Of a stretch of 64,000 bases of DNA, positions 63,044-64,000 are shown in pieces. The notes beneath the pieces are model-generated. The model had not been told where the DNA came from. It worked only from the letters and a program-made list of their open reading frames with translations, and did not search any database. Numbering within the stretch: the first letter of the stretch is position 1; each line of letters begins with the position of its first letter. A program made the position numbers and the translations under genes. This DNA comes from Nitrosomonadales bacterium (GTDB taxonomy: Bacteria > Pseudomonadota > Gammaproteobacteria > Burkholderiales > Gallionellaceae), in assembly GCA_016716325.1 (NCBI GenBank), contig JADJWO010000001.1, positions 497,142 to 561,141 of the forward strand. The letters run 5' to 3'.

Positions 63044-64000
63044 CTACGCGACGACCTGTTCGTCGCGGATGCGTAGCGCCTCTTCGATATCCACCGACAC
63101 GACGTTCGACACACCCTTCTCCTGCATGGTCACGCCGATCAGCTGCTCGGCCAGTTCCATGGTGATCTTGTTGTGGCTGATGAACACGAACTGGGTGTTC
63201 TGCGCCATCCGCCTGATCAGCGTGCAGAGCCGTTCGGTGTTGGCATCGTCCAGCGGCGCGTCCACCTCGTCGAGCATGCAGAACGGCGCCGGATTGAGCT
63301 GGAACAGCGAAAACACCAGCGCGATCGCCGTCAGCGCCTTCTCTCCGCCGGACAACAGATGGATCGAGCTGTTCTTCTTGCCGGGCGGCTGCGCCATCAC
63401 CTGCACCCCGCTATCGAGGATCTCCTCCCCGGTCAGCACCAGACGCGCCTCCCCGCCACCGAACAGCACCGGGAACATCTCGCCCAGATGGCGATTGACC
63501 TGGTTGTAGGTATCCATCAGCAGTTCGCGCGATTCCCTGTCGATGCGCCGGATCGCCTCCTCCAGCGTCGCCATCGCCTCGTTCAGATCAGCGGCCTGCG
63601 CATCCAGATAGGCCTTGCGCTCGGTCGCGGCCTGCAATTCCTCCAGCGCGGCGAGATTCACAGCCCCCAGTGCTTCGATCTCGCCATCCAGACGATCCAG
63701 GTCGGCCTGCAGGCTGTTCGGTTTGCGGCTGCCGGATTCCAGCAGTGGCAATAGCGCCTGCTCGTCCACGCCCTGCAACTGCTCGGCCCATTGCTCGAAA
63801 TGCAGCCGCGCTTCCTGTTCCTTGAGCGTCAATTCATTGAGCCTGTCACGCAGCGGGTTCAGCCTGTGCTCACAGGCCAGCCTTTCCTGTTCCAGTTGCT
63901 GCAGGCCGACCGTGGCATTCTCCAGCACGTTGCGCGCCTCCGCGAGTGCCTGTTCGCAGGCCTGGCGTGCCTGCAACGCATCCTGCAATTGCTGCTGCGC
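63044..64000 (-). CDS. smc: chromosome segregation protein SMC, C-terminal head portion (gene continues past the window end)
   Basis: [39 protein letters not shown] (signature plus Walker B). The frame is open to position 64000. Confidence 0.9.
   Translation of the reverse strand, partial: AQQQLQDALQARQACEQALAEARNVLENATVGLQQLEQERLACEHRLNPLRDRLNELTLKEQEARLHFEQWAEQLQGVDEQALLPLLESGSRKPNSLQADLDRLDGEIEALGAVNLAALEELQAATERKAYLDAQAADLNEAMATLEEAIRRIDRESRELLMDTYNQVNRHLGEMFPVLFGGGEARLVLTGEEILDSGVQVMAQPPGKKNSSIHLLSGGEKALTAIALVFSLFQLNPAPFCMLDEVDAPLDDANTERLCTLIRRMAQNTQFVFISHNKITMELAEQLIGVTMQEKGVSNVVSVDIEEALRIRDEQVVA

Noticed and set aside
63046-63066. Hairpin cgcgacga-cctgt-tcgtcgcg between the DUF4124 gene and smc as a bidirectional terminator
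   Set aside because: It lies within the last smc codons and has no flanking T- or A-tract, so the evidence is insufficient.

Overview
This is a 64-kb chromosomal window at roughly 58-60% GC by eye. Gene content and the recJ-prfB-lysS synteny suggest a proteobacterium, probably a betaproteobacterium; that is inference only. Three blocks stand out.

(1) 1-6.5 kb, core genes: the acs 3' end, a 103-bp tandem triplication, mltD, a yqjD/E/K-like membrane-stress operon, and a fused double ABC ATPase.

(2) 6.9-30.4 kb, a ~23.5-kb genomic island in the 3' half of tRNA-Arg(ACG). It is bounded by a 45-bp tRNA-derived repeat that sits inside ~260-bp imperfect direct repeats.
- Mobility and replication genes: xis-like and int (the int product has no tyrosine after box II), a RepB'-type primase, a P-loop helicase-like protein, and a lone terminase small subunit. 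No capsid or tail genes are present, so the layout resembles a phage satellite.
- Recombination module: DUF932, a Sak/Rad52-like annealing protein and a YqaJ exonuclease.
- Apparent defence cargo: a type III-like R-M module whose res carries at least six frameshifts while mod is intact, a 1008-aa PHP-domain SMC/ABC-like ATPase, a UvrD-like helicase with an N-terminal extra domain, and a low-GC segment encoding an ankyrin-like protein and a membrane-anchored Mrr-like nuclease-domain protein.

(3) 30.4-64 kb, core genes: tRNA-Arg, tRNA-Ser, lysC, recJ, an MgtC-like gene, prfB with its programmed +1 frameshift, lysS, a Crp/Fnr regulator, c-type cytochromes, a Cu-ATPase, nnrS, a TonB receptor, nirS, norCB, nsrR, an HPP gene, a hemerythrin-like gene, cell-wall enzymes, trxB, smr and the smc 3' end.

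The most interesting locus is a translationally coupled four-gene operon at 36094-41978, wedged exactly between prfB and lysS. Its order is kleisin-like, small subunit, SMC-like ATPase, Toprim protein. I read it as a compact, divergent Wadjet/MksBEFG-like anti-plasmid system. All family assignments come from motifs read by eye; no database search was run.
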